Source of the DNA: a virus
Taxonomy: Duplodnaviria; Heunggongvirae; Uroviricota; Caudoviricetes
Virus record (IMG/VR): IMGVR_UViG_3300037468_000575
Span: 1 to 64,000 of that record
Length of the DNA stretch: 64,000 bases
Reading direction: 5' to 3' (one strand)
Shown here: piece by piece, positions 26,681-36,657 of the stretch
Layout of the letters: each line of letters starts with the position of its first letter
Position numbering within the stretch: position 1 is the first letter of the stretch
Translations under genes and position numbers: made by a program
Notes under the pieces: model-generated
What the model saw: only the letters and a program-made list of their open reading frames with translations
Told to the model about the DNA's origin: nothing
The model's database searches: none

Positions 26681-27021
26681 TTGACTTTATATGCCTTAAT
26701 GATTTCTTGTAATTTTGTTTTAATTTCTTGTTTTAAGCCTTCACAAAATATATCTCTATAATGTATTTGTAAACCTACACATATTAAATCTATAGAAATA
26801 TCTTCTATTTCTTCAATAGTTAAATTTTCTTTAGGCGTTTGATATTTATTTTTTAAAATAGAAATTTGATTCGAGTCTACTCCGATTATAAGATCACATT
26901 TATAAATATCTAAAAACTGCTTAATAGGTTTTTTGTTAGATGTAATATCGTTCATCAAAACCACCCTGAATGTCTTTGTAATTAACTGCAATTGCTTCAG
27001 ATGTATGTATTGATTCTTCAT
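26677..27021 (-). CDS. hypothetical protein (114 aa)
   Basis: ORF; overlaps next gene's start, so start uncertain. Confidence 0.4.
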   Translation of the reverse strand: MKNQYIHLKQLQLITKTFRVVLMNDITSNKKPIKQFLDIYKCDLIIGVDSNQISILKNKYQTPKENLTIEEIEDISIDLICVGLQIHYRDIFCEGLKQEIKTKLQEIIKAYKVK

Positions 27022-27820
27022 GTGTACACTTTACAATCCAATCATAGATATCCGCTCTCTTATTCAAAATGTCTGAAATATATCGAATAGCATCTTCTAC
27101 AAATAATGGATTCTTAGAAGCAATTCTTGCGATCTCTTGCTCATCTTCTCTTTTAATAATTGGATATGGAAGAGTTTTAATAGTTCCTTCTATATCTTCA
27201 ATAATATCTTCTAACCAAACATAAGATTGATCTTTTGTTTCTACTAGAACATCTGCAAATGATCTTTGATTATGAGGATAACCAACTTCTCCTTTACTAT
27301 TTAAATCATGACATAATTCTGCTGAACATGGACAATAAGAAGCATATTGAATTCTTACACCTTGAAAGAATCTGAATCTGAAATAAGGAATATTTGGAAG
27401 TGTTGGAGCAGCTACATCAAGACGATCTAAATGTCCTTCAAATCTACATTTATAAAAAATTGGGAATGGTTGATTTGTAATAGGAGATTTTCTCGTCATT
27501 GGTAGTCTGAATTCAAATTTTATATAAGAGGTTGTTGACCCTATATTTTCTTGCAGTTTTTCTAGAATTTCTCTAATTAATTTATGTTTCAATGGAAGGT
27601 CTAAATATGGTTGTAATGTTCTAAGTAATCTTGACATGGATATTCCTTTGATATTTGCATCTAAACTAGTTCCCATTGCAACATTTGCAACTAAATGATA
27701 AAATCCTCCATATTTTGATTCCAACATAAATGGGAGTTCAATGTTTTGAACTCCCACTTGTTGTATAGGAATTTTAATTGTTGGAGGAGTAGATTGAATA
27801 TCTGGTAAATCATTGTTCAT
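26936..27820 (-). CDS. possible GTP cyclohydrolase FolE2/MptA-like (COG1469) protein
   Basis: N-term MNNDLPDIQSTPPTIKIPIQQVGVQNIELPF matches the lPDvQ...qVGv..l..P start of FolE2 as I remember it; Cys/His cluster YCPCSAELCHD; 294 aa. Confidence 0.45.
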   Translation of the reverse strand: MNNDLPDIQSTPPTIKIPIQQVGVQNIELPFMLESKYGGFYHLVANVAMGTSLDANIKGISMSRLLRTLQPYLDLPLKHKLIREILEKLQENIGSTTSYIKFEFRLPMTRKSPITNQPFPIFYKCRFEGHLDRLDVAAPTLPNIPYFRFRFFQGVRIQYASYCPCSAELCHDLNSKGEVGYPHNQRSFADVLVETKDQSYVWLEDIIEDIEGTIKTLPYPIIKREDEQEIARIASKNPLFVEDAIRYISDILNKRADIYDWIVKCTHEESIHTSEAIAVNYKDIQGGFDERYYI

Positions 27821-28244
27821 TATATTCTTTTCTCCTGATGTTTTTATATTTGTCTAATGTGTTTTCAATGTCTCTTTCATGAAGAAATATAATTTTTCCG
27901 TCACTAGAACTTGTATCAAACTGATGAATCTTTAAACCTAATTCTTCAAAAAGATTTCTTAACGCCATATATAAAAAATAATCATCTTCTTCATAATAGA
28001 CTGCTTTAGGCTGATTAATAATGTTTTTGATATTTTCTTTTGTCACACGACAAATCATTCTATCTACACGTGGTTGATCACTTGAAGCACTTTGTATCTC
28101 ATCAGGTAATAATGCTCTAGCAAGATCTTTATCATTACTATGTTCTTTGATTGATAAACAACTATCTAAATCAAAATTCTTTGGAAGAATTACAATAAAA
28201 CTTGTAGAACTAGAATTGGTAACAAAATCTCTTTTAAGTCTCAT
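27810..28244 (-). CDS. protein with N-terminal 'DFVTNSSST' module (family member 2)
   Basis: MRLKRDFVTNSSSTSFIVILP then unique C-terminus. Confidence 0.5.
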   Translation of the reverse strand: MRLKRDFVTNSSSTSFIVILPKNFDLDSCLSIKEHSNDKDLARALLPDEIQSASSDQPRVDRMICRVTKENIKNIINQPKAVYYEEDDYFLYMALRNLFEELGLKIHQFDTSSSDGKIIFLHERDIENTLDKYKNIRRKEYNEQ

Positions 28245-28252
28245 TAATACTC

Positions 28253-31200
28253 CTAAACACCTTTTTGATCAACACCAATAACGGTTAAATAAGCATTAAG
28301 CAACTTTACCGATTCTGGCTTGATATCAACGGTTTGAAGTTTGTCAACAAGTTGGGGCTCAATAATATTTTGAATATGTCTATTTTTTAATTCAATACAA
28401 TCTGATTTCGTAGTTAAAAATTCGAACAGATTTTCTGGAGCATCATGTGCTATAATACAAGCTGTCTCCATCTCTCCCATTCGTTGACCACCTTTATTTC
28501 TTCTTCCTCCAAGTGGTTGTAAAGTTCTTCTAGTATAAGCACCAATTCCTCTCGCTGATAATCTTTCTTCTGCAATATGAACCATGCGAAAGAAATATAA
28601 AGAACCAACTGTAATTGGATTAAATAAGTTTGTTTTAGAGATGGGATCATACACCACTTGTTCAAACTTTGTATTTGTATAATTTAATGCTTGAATTAAT
28701 TGCTCAACTGTTACTGATTCAAAAGGAGGTTGAATCACACTAAAAGATCTAATAAAGTCCTCAGTAATTTCTTCTGATAATTGATCTTTAAATTGAGTAT
28801 AATACCACCCACCTTTTGTGTTATCGATGATTTTAATATATCTTTTTAGATGGTGCTTCAATGCTTCTTGTGTTGAACCTGCTCTTAACATTGCTATCAA
28901 ATGAAATTTTAAATCTTGTACAGACATGGCTAAATGAGCTTCAAACAATTGACCAATATTCATTCGAGAAATAATTCCTAATGGATTAATACAGATATCT
29001 ACATGTCGCCCATCTTCAATTTTTGGCATTTTCTCATGTTCTACAATTCTAGAAATAACTCCTTTATTACCATGTCTATTTGCGATTTTATCGCCAACTT
29101 TGATTGGTCTATAAAAAATCCCAAACATTTCAACATAAACGCCAGGAATGCGTTCTTTCTTTATTTTATATTTTCCTGCAAATGAAAACTTATCAAGAGA
29201 ATAATTTCTTACTAAAGAAAGAACTTTTTCTTTTGGAAGATGTTGTTCTAAAATTTCTTGAAACGCTAACTGTTTCTTCTCTTGTTCTTCAGTCTTCTTT
29301 TCAATCCATTCATTAAACTCCGGAATATCTGTATTCCAAGTATTTGCGTAGACATTTGTTTCAATAATTCGAATCGATTCCGTTGTTGTTAAATGAATAG
29401 CTTCTTTAAATAATGAATACTGCTCATTATCAAACAACTCTTTGATAATAGCAAAAGGTTTATTTTTTAAAATAATATCTTCTGCTTCAGGTAGAGGTTT
29501 ATATTTTTGCTTACTTAATGATAACAATACTTTATTCGATGGGAGCATAAATGACAAGTCTTCAAAATGAACAGATGTAAAGACCTCATCTTTTATAAGT
29601 CGATCAGATATTACAATCCCATCTTCATAATTACTTCCATAGTATGGCATAATTGCTGTTAATAAATTCTTTCCAATATTAATATTTCCATCTTTACAGA
29701 AATTACTTTCAGCTAAGATATCTCCTTTCTTGAACTTATCACCAATAGAGACATAGACTTTCATAAAATCCATATTCGAAACATAAATCTTTCTCCAAGA
29801 ACGATCAAATATTTCAAACTCCTTATCATTATACATAACAAAAATATATTCATTGTTAATATAGATAACTTCTCCGTCTTTTTTCGCTATTTTAATAAAC
29901 TGCGTTTGATCCGTGTACAAGCCTTCACATCCAGATTGAATGAGAGGAATATCAAAATATTTCATTAAAATAGCTTGTCGCATTTGTGATGCTGACATTT
30001 GAAGTCTAGTTTGATCATCATGTTCTAAAAATGGAACCATAGAAACAGGTATTGATGTTGGTTGATTAAGTAATGTTTCATCTGTAAATCTTAAGTTTTC
30101 ATCAACTTTTACATTTGGTAATAAATTTTGAACAATACCACAATTTTCTCTATCAGGAGTATCTACTGGACATAGTCTTCCTAACATGCTAGGTGTTATA
30201 TCTCGAAGATGTTTTGGAACATTTTCTCTTTTAAAACCACCTGGACCTAGTAAGCTCACTCTAGATAATCGAGTAAGTTCTTCAATAGGGTTAATACTGA
30301 AATCAAATTGAACTATGTCAGAAACATTACAATCGCTTAATATTTGCGTTGAATTCACATTAAATTTTGGTTGTCTTGCTGTTCTTGTAGAAATACATAA
30401 ATTAAAAACAGCTGCCATTACTTTCATTAAAATCATATATTCAAAGACTCGAATTCTTTTATTTGTCAACAAAGTATCATCAACTGGACTGTTTTCCATC
30501 GCCCATAATAATTCATCAAGAACTGTTTTTGTATGAAAAAATTTCGTAGATAATATATCAACTTTTGGAATCAAATCTAAAGCATATACAATATCTTCAC
30601 CTTTGGATTTAGCTATATGCTTTGAATATGTTCTTCCTACTGCCATGATATAATCATCTTGTGTATATGACCTATCTGCTTCATAGGTCATTTTTAACTC
30701 TGATAGTAAAATCTCGTATAATTCTTGACTTGTTTTCTTCTGTTTGGTTTCAATCAGCTTTTGAATTCTATCTTCATCAATTTCCATTGCATTAAAATCA
30801 TATCTTTCATTTAATGCTTCTGGTCCAAAGAATGCAAACATTAAAATAGCCAATGGAACTTTCTTTCCAAGAAAACTAATTCTAATTAATGGAGGTTCCT
30901 TCTCTTCTAATAACATTAATGTTGCAACATTAGTTCGGAGTTTAATATTTTCACCACGGGTTACAATGGGAATATCAAATAATTGGAAGTACGCAATTTT
31001 TTGTCTACCATTAATCTGAATGTAATTATCTTTAATTAGTTGTGGAATAAACATACTTAAGTTAATTTCACTCGTCCCCTTTTGCAACCGAATAATTAAA
31101 TTCTTCTTTTTAGTTTTTTGAAGTTCCCCAGAAGAAAACTTTGACTCTTTTAAATCTAATTCTAAAATTGAAAATCCAGCTTCTACCGCCGGTTTTAGAA

Positions 31201-31300
31201 TGTCTTTTACATTTTGTAAAAGACATTCATATTCCTTTCCTCGCATATTGAAAATATTCTCATCCGCATCAACTTTATAAAAAGGATTAACAAATTTCAA
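28253..31300 (-). CDS. rpoB: DNA-directed RNA polymerase beta subunit, compact (1015 aa)
   Basis: GDKIANRHGNKGVISRI (bacterial GDKxAxRHGNKGV), RVSLLGPGGF (SALGPGGL), PFLEHDDQTRLQMSASQMRQA (FLEHDDANRALMG). Confidence 0.9.
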   Translation of the reverse strand: MKFVNPFYKVDADENIFNMRGKEYECLLQNVKDILKPAVEAGFSILELDLKESKFSSGELQKTKKKNLIIRLQKGTSEINLSMFIPQLIKDNYIQINGRQKIAYFQLFDIPIVTRGENIKLRTNVATLMLLEEKEPPLIRISFLGKKVPLAILMFAFFGPEALNERYDFNAMEIDEDRIQKLIETKQKKTSQELYEILLSELKMTYEADRSYTQDDYIMAVGRTYSKHIAKSKGEDIVYALDLIPKVDILSTKFFHTKTVLDELLWAMENSPVDDTLLTNKRIRVFEYMILMKVMAAVFNLCISTRTARQPKFNVNSTQILSDCNVSDIVQFDFSINPIEELTRLSRVSLLGPGGFKRENVPKHLRDITPSMLGRLCPVDTPDRENCGIVQNLLPNVKVDENLRFTDETLLNQPTSIPVSMVPFLEHDDQTRLQMSASQMRQAILMKYFDIPLIQSGCEGLYTDQTQFIKIAKKDGEVIYINNEYIFVMYNDKEFEIFDRSWRKIYVSNMDFMKVYVSIGDKFKKGDILAESNFCKDGNINIGKNLLTAIMPYYGSNYEDGIVISDRLIKDEVFTSVHFEDLSFMLPSNKVLLSLSKQKYKPLPEAEDIILKNKPFAIIKELFDNEQYSLFKEAIHLTTTESIRIIETNVYANTWNTDIPEFNEWIEKKTEEQEKKQLAFQEILEQHLPKEKVLSLVRNYSLDKFSFAGKYKIKKERIPGVYVEMFGIFYRPIKVGDKIANRHGNKGVISRIVEHEKMPKIEDGRHVDICINPLGIISRMNIGQLFEAHLAMSVQDLKFHLIAMLRAGSTQEALKHHLKRYIKIIDNTKGGWYYTQFKDQLSEEITEDFIRSFSVIQPPFESVTVEQLIQALNYTNTKFEQVVYDPISKTNLFNPITVGSLYFFRMVHIAEERLSARGIGAYTRRTLQPLGGRRNKGGQRMGEMETACIIAHDAPENLFEFLTTKSDCIELKNRHIQNIIEPQLVDKLQTVDIKPESVKLLNAYLTVIGVDQKGV

Positions 31301-31320
31301 TCACGTTTCCTCCATTTGTT

Positions 31321-31740
31321 TTATGGTAAAATTCTTATTTGTTTAGCGACAATCACATAGGATAATCCCTCAACACCAGTTGCTAGAACACCTTTAAATT
31401 CAACTTTCCGAATAGTGTTAATGTAACTTGGTAAAGTAAGTTTCTTCGCTATTTGTTCAGCTTCTTTTTTAGTGGAATAAATATGAAATCCACATTTATA
31501 ACCTTTATCTCCACCTAGCCACAGAAAGGAGTCATTTTGAGTTTTATACCATTGATCGTATGAATAAGCGACTGTCGTATTATAATATTTTCCATATAAT
31601 AGACCTTTAGAAAATTTCCCATTCCGACTTCGTTTTGGTTCACCACGAAAAACTTTATATCCGTAATATTTTCCATTAATTTTTTTTAGTGGAATTTTTT
31701 TTAGATAGTCTAAACACATTTTAAGAGATCCTTTCACCAA
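31321..31740 (-). CDS. MCL...GFHIY family paralogue E (between rpoC-like and rpoB-like genes)
   Basis: MCLDYLKK...YGYKVF...KCGFHIYS...VIVAKQIRILP. Confidence 0.55.
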   Translation of the reverse strand: MVKGSLKMCLDYLKKIPLKKINGKYYGYKVFRGEPKRSRNGKFSKGLLYGKYYNTTVAYSYDQWYKTQNDSFLWLGGDKGYKCGFHIYSTKKEAEQIAKKLTLPSYINTIRKVEFKGVLATGVEGLSYVIVAKQIRILP

Positions 31741-34429
31741 GTAAAATTTTATCTAGAACACCTTTATAATTCCCAGAATTTAAAATACCTTTCAAAATAT
31801 GTCTTCTCGGATTTGAAAATGCCAAGCCAAGAATCCAACTTTCATTACTAGGAACACTTTGAACACTAAAGTATGTAGGTTCTACTTTATCTCTATTATC
31901 TAATAATCTCCATTTCGTTCCTCCGGCCCAAGCCATTTGCGATACAACACATTCAAAATGAATATGTTGAATATCTTGATTATGACTATAGGCCTCATAT
32001 AACTCAGTTGTAATTTCTATACTAGATTTTTCTTTTAGTTTATGAAGGGTTTTTGTTACTTCTTTTAAATCATCGATGATGTCCATTTGCTTTAATGCAA
32101 TTTCATCTTCATCTTCATGATCTTTTACAACAGCAGATCCTGATGTATGGAAAGTTCTAAGAACTAACTGTGTTGCTCTCTCTCCAAGGGTTTGTGCAGC
32201 TATAACCCCAACAAATCTACTATGTAAACTTTTCCATAAATCTCCATAACATGTTTTACATAGTTTTTGAGATTTACAATAAATTGGACTTCTAAGTAAA
32301 ACTGTTTTACCAACAAAGGATTTATAATTCTCTTTAGTAATTTGATTTAGTTTAGTTTTACTTTCTAGATAAAATCTATTTATTAACATCTTGGCTTTCT
32401 TTTCTGTATCAACAAACACGTCTAAGGTATCTGTTGTTCCACAATCTTCTAAGTTTAAGTCAAGTTGTAAATTTGCGCATGTAAATATTAGTTTTCTTGA
32501 AAGATATCCAGACGTTCCTGTATTTATTGCAACATCCAGTAACCCTTTTCTACATCCATAAGTAGAATTAAAAAATTCTTCTTGTGTCAGACCTTCAAGC
32601 AAACTATGTTTAATCGGAGTTGGTAAAATCTTTCCCTCCGAGTTTGAAATAAAACCTCTAGCAAGAACTATTTGTTTGGCTTGATCCCAACTACCTCTTG
32701 CTCCAGAATCAATCATATAAGAATATTTAAAATTCATTCTTAAATTGTCTATAATTCCATCTTCTGAAAATCGAGCTAGTTGTTGTTCAGGACTATATCC
32801 TTCAAAAATATTATCTCGAAAAATATGGGAATCATCCCACTTAAAACCTAGAATGGACATAGTAGTACCAAATAGAGTAGAATACTTAAAGCCAAGTTTC
32901 TTTATTTCATCTAGACTAGTCATCATAATATCTTCATGATATTTCGCATTAATATCATTAAGAATTAACATGAGTCTTTTAGCATCAACAATTCCTGTTA
33001 CAACAGGATAATCTTGCGGTAAACATTCATTAAATTCCTGTTCACCTTTGGTTATACTTTGATTTTTATATTCTGTTGCTTCTAACGAGTTTGGAATTTT
33101 TTGTGATGTTAATGCGTAAATTCCTAAAATAATATCTTGACTAGGAATCGTTGTTAAATTTTGATTTGATGGACTAGAAAGATTTTTAGAAATGAAAATC
33201 TTCTCTCTGACTTCTTTTTTTGATTCTTCAGAAATAGGAATATATACAGCCATTTGATCTCCATCAAAGTCTGCATTGAATGGAGGACAAATCAATGGAT
33301 GGATTTTAATTACTGCGTCTCTAGTAATTAAAACCTTAAAACCCAAGAACCCGAGACGATGAAGACTTGGTTGTCTATTTAGAATGCAAACTTCCTTTTC
33401 TGCTAACTTTTCACAAAGAGAATATAACTCAAAAGATTCTGTATCAATACATGTATCGACACATTCAATCGCTGAGTTTAATGTATTATACTGTCCATAT
33501 TCAATCAATTTCTTTGCAATCGGCAACTTATAAATCTCTAGAAACATTAAATATGGAATTTTGCATTCATCTAGCGATAGAGTTGGATCAGGAACAATAA
33601 CAGCTCGTCCAGAAAAGTCAATTCTTTTACCTAAAATATTTCCACGAATAAGACCTTCCTTCTTTGACATCTTTTCTAAAATATGTTGATTTAATTCAAT
33701 CACATCTTTTTGTAATTGTTTGAAATAAGAATAATATAAATTCTTATCCCGTTGAATATTAAAAAATGTGTCTTTCATTACAGACGTTAGTTGTAATATT
33801 TGTACATAGTATCTATTTATTTTGTCAAGAACTTGATTATTTTTATTAATACCTTTCGCAGCTGGTCGAAGATCAGGAGGAAGAACAATGATATTATTAA
33901 TTAATAATTTATCAATGTTTTCTAGAATTAATTTCCATTCTTCTTTAACAGCATCTTTCGCAACAGTTTCAATCAACTTATGAATTGCTTCTGTTCGTTC
34001 CCAAGTTTGAGTATTTGGAGGAATCAAAGAAGAATCTAAGACAATTTCAGGATAATCATCTTTTAGAAATAAAATACTTTTTTCATTTCTCATTAACGTA
34101 TCAACAGCGGCTTTAATTTGGTTTCCAGAAATTGAAATAATTAAATCATAAAACAATGGGTTGACCACAGGAATAGGTAACGCAATTTTTGCAAATCTAG
34201 TTCTTCGTTCATCACTATTGACAATTTCAACCAAACACATATTGCACTTACCCCCAGATTTTGACACTCCATAATATGTACCACACTGACAAGTATAATT
34301 ATGCTGAGGTCCAAATATTTGCTCTGAAAATAAGCCCTCTGGATGAAATTTCTTCTTATCAACAATTCTTGTTGATGTTATACTTGGTAAATCTTTACAG
34401 AAGCTGTCATAATCTAAAAGTTTTGGCAT
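31721..34429 (-). CDS. rpoC: DNA-directed RNA polymerase beta' subunit, compact (902 aa)
   Basis: N-term Zn finger CQCG...CNMC; VLPPDLRP; NRQPSLHRLG; NADFDGDQMAVYIP catalytic motif. Confidence 0.9.
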   Translation of the reverse strand: MPKLLDYDSFCKDLPSITSTRIVDKKKFHPEGLFSEQIFGPQHNYTCQCGTYYGVSKSGGKCNMCLVEIVNSDERRTRFAKIALPIPVVNPLFYDLIISISGNQIKAAVDTLMRNEKSILFLKDDYPEIVLDSSLIPPNTQTWERTEAIHKLIETVAKDAVKEEWKLILENIDKLLINNIIVLPPDLRPAAKGINKNNQVLDKINRYYVQILQLTSVMKDTFFNIQRDKNLYYSYFKQLQKDVIELNQHILEKMSKKEGLIRGNILGKRIDFSGRAVIVPDPTLSLDECKIPYLMFLEIYKLPIAKKLIEYGQYNTLNSAIECVDTCIDTESFELYSLCEKLAEKEVCILNRQPSLHRLGFLGFKVLITRDAVIKIHPLICPPFNADFDGDQMAVYIPISEESKKEVREKIFISKNLSSPSNQNLTTIPSQDIILGIYALTSQKIPNSLEATEYKNQSITKGEQEFNECLPQDYPVVTGIVDAKRLMLILNDINAKYHEDIMMTSLDEIKKLGFKYSTLFGTTMSILGFKWDDSHIFRDNIFEGYSPEQQLARFSEDGIIDNLRMNFKYSYMIDSGARGSWDQAKQIVLARGFISNSEGKILPTPIKHSLLEGLTQEEFFNSTYGCRKGLLDVAINTGTSGYLSRKLIFTCANLQLDLNLEDCGTTDTLDVFVDTEKKAKMLINRFYLESKTKLNQITKENYKSFVGKTVLLRSPIYCKSQKLCKTCYGDLWKSLHSRFVGVIAAQTLGERATQLVLRTFHTSGSAVVKDHEDEDEIALKQMDIIDDLKEVTKTLHKLKEKSSIEITTELYEAYSHNQDIQHIHFECVVSQMAWAGGTKWRLLDNRDKVEPTYFSVQSVPSNESWILGLAFSNPRRHILKGILNSGNYKGVLDKILLGERIS

Positions 34430-34644
34430 TATTTATCCTCTTTGTTATCTTTATTATCAAAAAGTTCTTTTGTTTTCTCTGAGAGAAACACAAAATGTTG
34501 TTTTACATGTTTTGAAACAATTTCATCAATAGAGGGAAGTAGTTCAAGAACTAGTTTTTTGATTTGGTCTTGTCCTAGTTCCCCAAAATACTTTTGGCAT
34601 TCTTTTTTAATTATTTCTTTTAATGTAGCTTCAAGGTCCGACAT
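34429..34644 (-). CDS. small acidic/basic protein (71 aa)
   Basis: ORF with tight junction to rpoC-like start. Confidence 0.35.
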   Translation of the reverse strand: MSDLEATLKEIIKKECQKYFGELGQDQIKKLVLELLPSIDEIVSKHVKQHFVFLSEKTKELFDNKDNKEDK

Positions 34645-34656
34645 ATGATCTCCTTT

Positions 34657-34992
34657 TCAAAATGGAATATATTTAACATCACCCCATGGCATGAAATACG
34701 CATTTTCTAAATTAAAAGTTACTAATGTGTTTTCTAATAACATTTGAACTTTATGCGTAAATTCATGCCATCTAATTTGAGGCGGAAGACAAAACTCTGC
34801 TGTTGCAGACTTACAATTTGGATGAATAGATTTTCTGAGATATACGGTATCAAGTTTCTTATCTACTAGTAATATTTCATAACAGGGAATTATATATTTC
34901 TTGTCTAAATAGGTTATTTTATATAATTGTCCTTTGTATTTCAAACGTTCCGGTACTAAAGTTTTTTTAATAGTTTTTGTAACAAGGTTCAT
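34657..34992 (-). CDS. minimal E2 (UBC)-like protein candidate (111 aa)
   Basis: SIHPNCKSATAEFCLPPQIRW parallels the canonical E2 HPN-x7-8-C-L-x5-6-W spacing; start overlaps the E1-like stop (34992). Confidence 0.4.
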   Translation of the reverse strand: MNLVTKTIKKTLVPERLKYKGQLYKITYLDKKYIIPCYEILLVDKKLDTVYLRKSIHPNCKSATAEFCLPPQIRWHEFTHKVQMLLENTLVTFNLENAYFMPWGDVKYIPF

Positions 34993-35846
34993 TAAGCAGC
35001 ACCAGTTTCAGGAAGTAGTTCAATGTAGAATTTTGGACCTTGGGAAATGCTAATAACATACGAATTGAATTTAAATGGGCTTTGGACCATACTCACAAAA
35101 TGCATTATCAGATCACCACTTGAATGCAGACTGTTTTGCGGAATTACATTTTGAAATAGCGGAAATGATTTGCCTCCAACATAAACATCAATTGGGGAAG
35201 ATTTATTTTGTTCCAAAACCAAAGGTATACTCTGAGGTAAATTAATAAATTTTTGTTCCCCAGCCGTTGAATCATATATTATATCTTCTTGTGTATCATT
35301 AATCTTCATAAAATCTAAATCAAACTTATTTACAGTTTGAGCTGTTATCATTTTTTCTAATGTCTTATTTGTCATTAACATTGTAACTAAAGAGGACGCA
35401 GTTTTCAAATCATTTGAAGATATTAGTTCTAAATATTGGCCCTCATATTTTAGTTGTGATTGAATATTTTTTCTACAATCTACAACAAGATACCTAGACG
35501 AAATATATAATCTCGTGTCAATCAAAGTACCTCTGTCATATAAATAGTCTCGACAATCTAAAACTAAATTGCAAGTAGGTAAGAATGTTTCACCCTCAAT
35601 AAACCTTAACTTATATAAAGTTATTTTTATGTTCGGGATTCGCATAGTTACAATCTGTTTGAGACATTCTACTTTTGGTTTACCAACATCTGACAATCTA
35701 TAAATTGAATTCTTTAAATTTTTATCTTCAACAAGATCGCCATCGAAAATTATAATTTCTTTTATACTATCAATTTTTGAAATAGAATCTACTACAAATC
35801 CACCCAACGCCCCAACCCCAAGAACACAGACTTTTTCAAAGATCAT
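34992..35846 (-). CDS. ThiF/MoeB/E1-like adenylyltransferase 2 (284 aa)
   Basis: VCVLGVGALGG...IIFDGDLVEDKNLKN...DVGKPKVECL (Rossmann GxGxxG + DxDxVExxNL + G.pK motif). Confidence 0.6.
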   Translation of the reverse strand: MIFEKVCVLGVGALGGFVVDSISKIDSIKEIIIFDGDLVEDKNLKNSIYRLSDVGKPKVECLKQIVTMRIPNIKITLYKLRFIEGETFLPTCNLVLDCRDYLYDRGTLIDTRLYISSRYLVVDCRKNIQSQLKYEGQYLELISSNDLKTASSLVTMLMTNKTLEKMITAQTVNKFDLDFMKINDTQEDIIYDSTAGEQKFINLPQSIPLVLEQNKSSPIDVYVGGKSFPLFQNVIPQNSLHSSGDLIMHFVSMVQSPFKFNSYVISISQGPKFYIELLPETGAA

Positions 35847-36024
35847 AATATCGACTTTAAACTCGAAATTTAGAATACATTCTTTGAATTATATCTTCTT
35901 GGGAGAACATCAGGGGAAAAAAGTTTATGATCATTATGATTCAATACCTCCGGAAAGTAATTAACTTGGAATCAAAAACGAATGACATCTTGATCCCAAG
36001 TTAATTTTTACAATAAAATATAGG

Positions 36025-36600
36025 TTATGTTTTATTTACTGGTGTCTCTAATAAATTCTTTTCAAGTCTTGTTAACAATGGTTCATAAGCAGATTTAAAC
36101 GTGAATCCATGATATAAAGCCAGTGTAAGGGGTAGCAACTTTGGAAGATAAATTTTTGCAATCCTTTTTTCTGTTCCATTTTTATATACAGTTGTCCTAA
36201 TGATTTCAAATTTAGGAATATCGTTAAATCCATAGATGTCTCTTAATTCATGTTCACATTTTTCAACAAGTACAATATCGTCATGACTTCTGACTTTAAC
36301 GATTTTCTTACAATATTTTTTCCAGTCTTTACGACCAACATTAATTGGAAGATTTGTAGACTTTTTAAACAATGCTGTTAATGCACGTCGAAAAGCTCTA
36401 TCCTTTCCTTCTTTTTTATTATAAGAATCCATTACTGACTTTATAGAGACTCCTCTTGAAAGAAGAAAATTCTCTTCATTTAAAAGAAGACAAACAGTGA
36501 GAACAGGTCCCAGAAAGGGTATCTGTGCGGAATTAATCTCATAGAATTTAATTTTTGTAGCTCCCATCGTTGTTAATAGAGCTTTTGTCTTCGCTTTCAT
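36025..36600 (-). CDS. hypothetical protein (~191 aa from ATG at 36600)
   Basis: Track start 36636 is TTG and overlaps hairpin; ATG at 36600 (MKAKTKAL). Confidence 0.45.
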   Translation of the reverse strand: MKAKTKALLTTMGATKIKFYEINSAQIPFLGPVLTVCLLLNEENFLLSRGVSIKSVMDSYNKKEGKDRAFRRALTALFKKSTNLPINVGRKDWKKYCKKIVKVRSHDDIVLVEKCEHELRDIYGFNDIPKFEIIRTTVYKNGTEKRIAKIYLPKLLPLTLALYHGFTFKSAYEPLLTRLEKNLLETPVNKT

Positions 36601-36625
36601 TTTTTTTCTCCAAAAGAAATGTAGT

Positions 36626-36647
36626 AGGGGGTTCAAAAGAACCCCCT
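36626..36647 (-). terminator. GC-rich hairpin (attenuator/terminator?)
   Basis: AGGGGGTTC-aaaa-GAACCCCCT between the Ubl gene stop and the next gene start. Confidence 0.4.
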
Positions 36648-36657
36648 TGGGACTTAA

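Noticed and set aside
28253-34429. Cellular rpoBC operon (i.e. window is a bacterial chromosome)
   Set aside because: The subunits are far shorter than any cellular beta/beta'. There are no rplL/rpsL neighbours. They are embedded among terminase, T4-like gp46/47/52 homologues and small phage-type ORFs.
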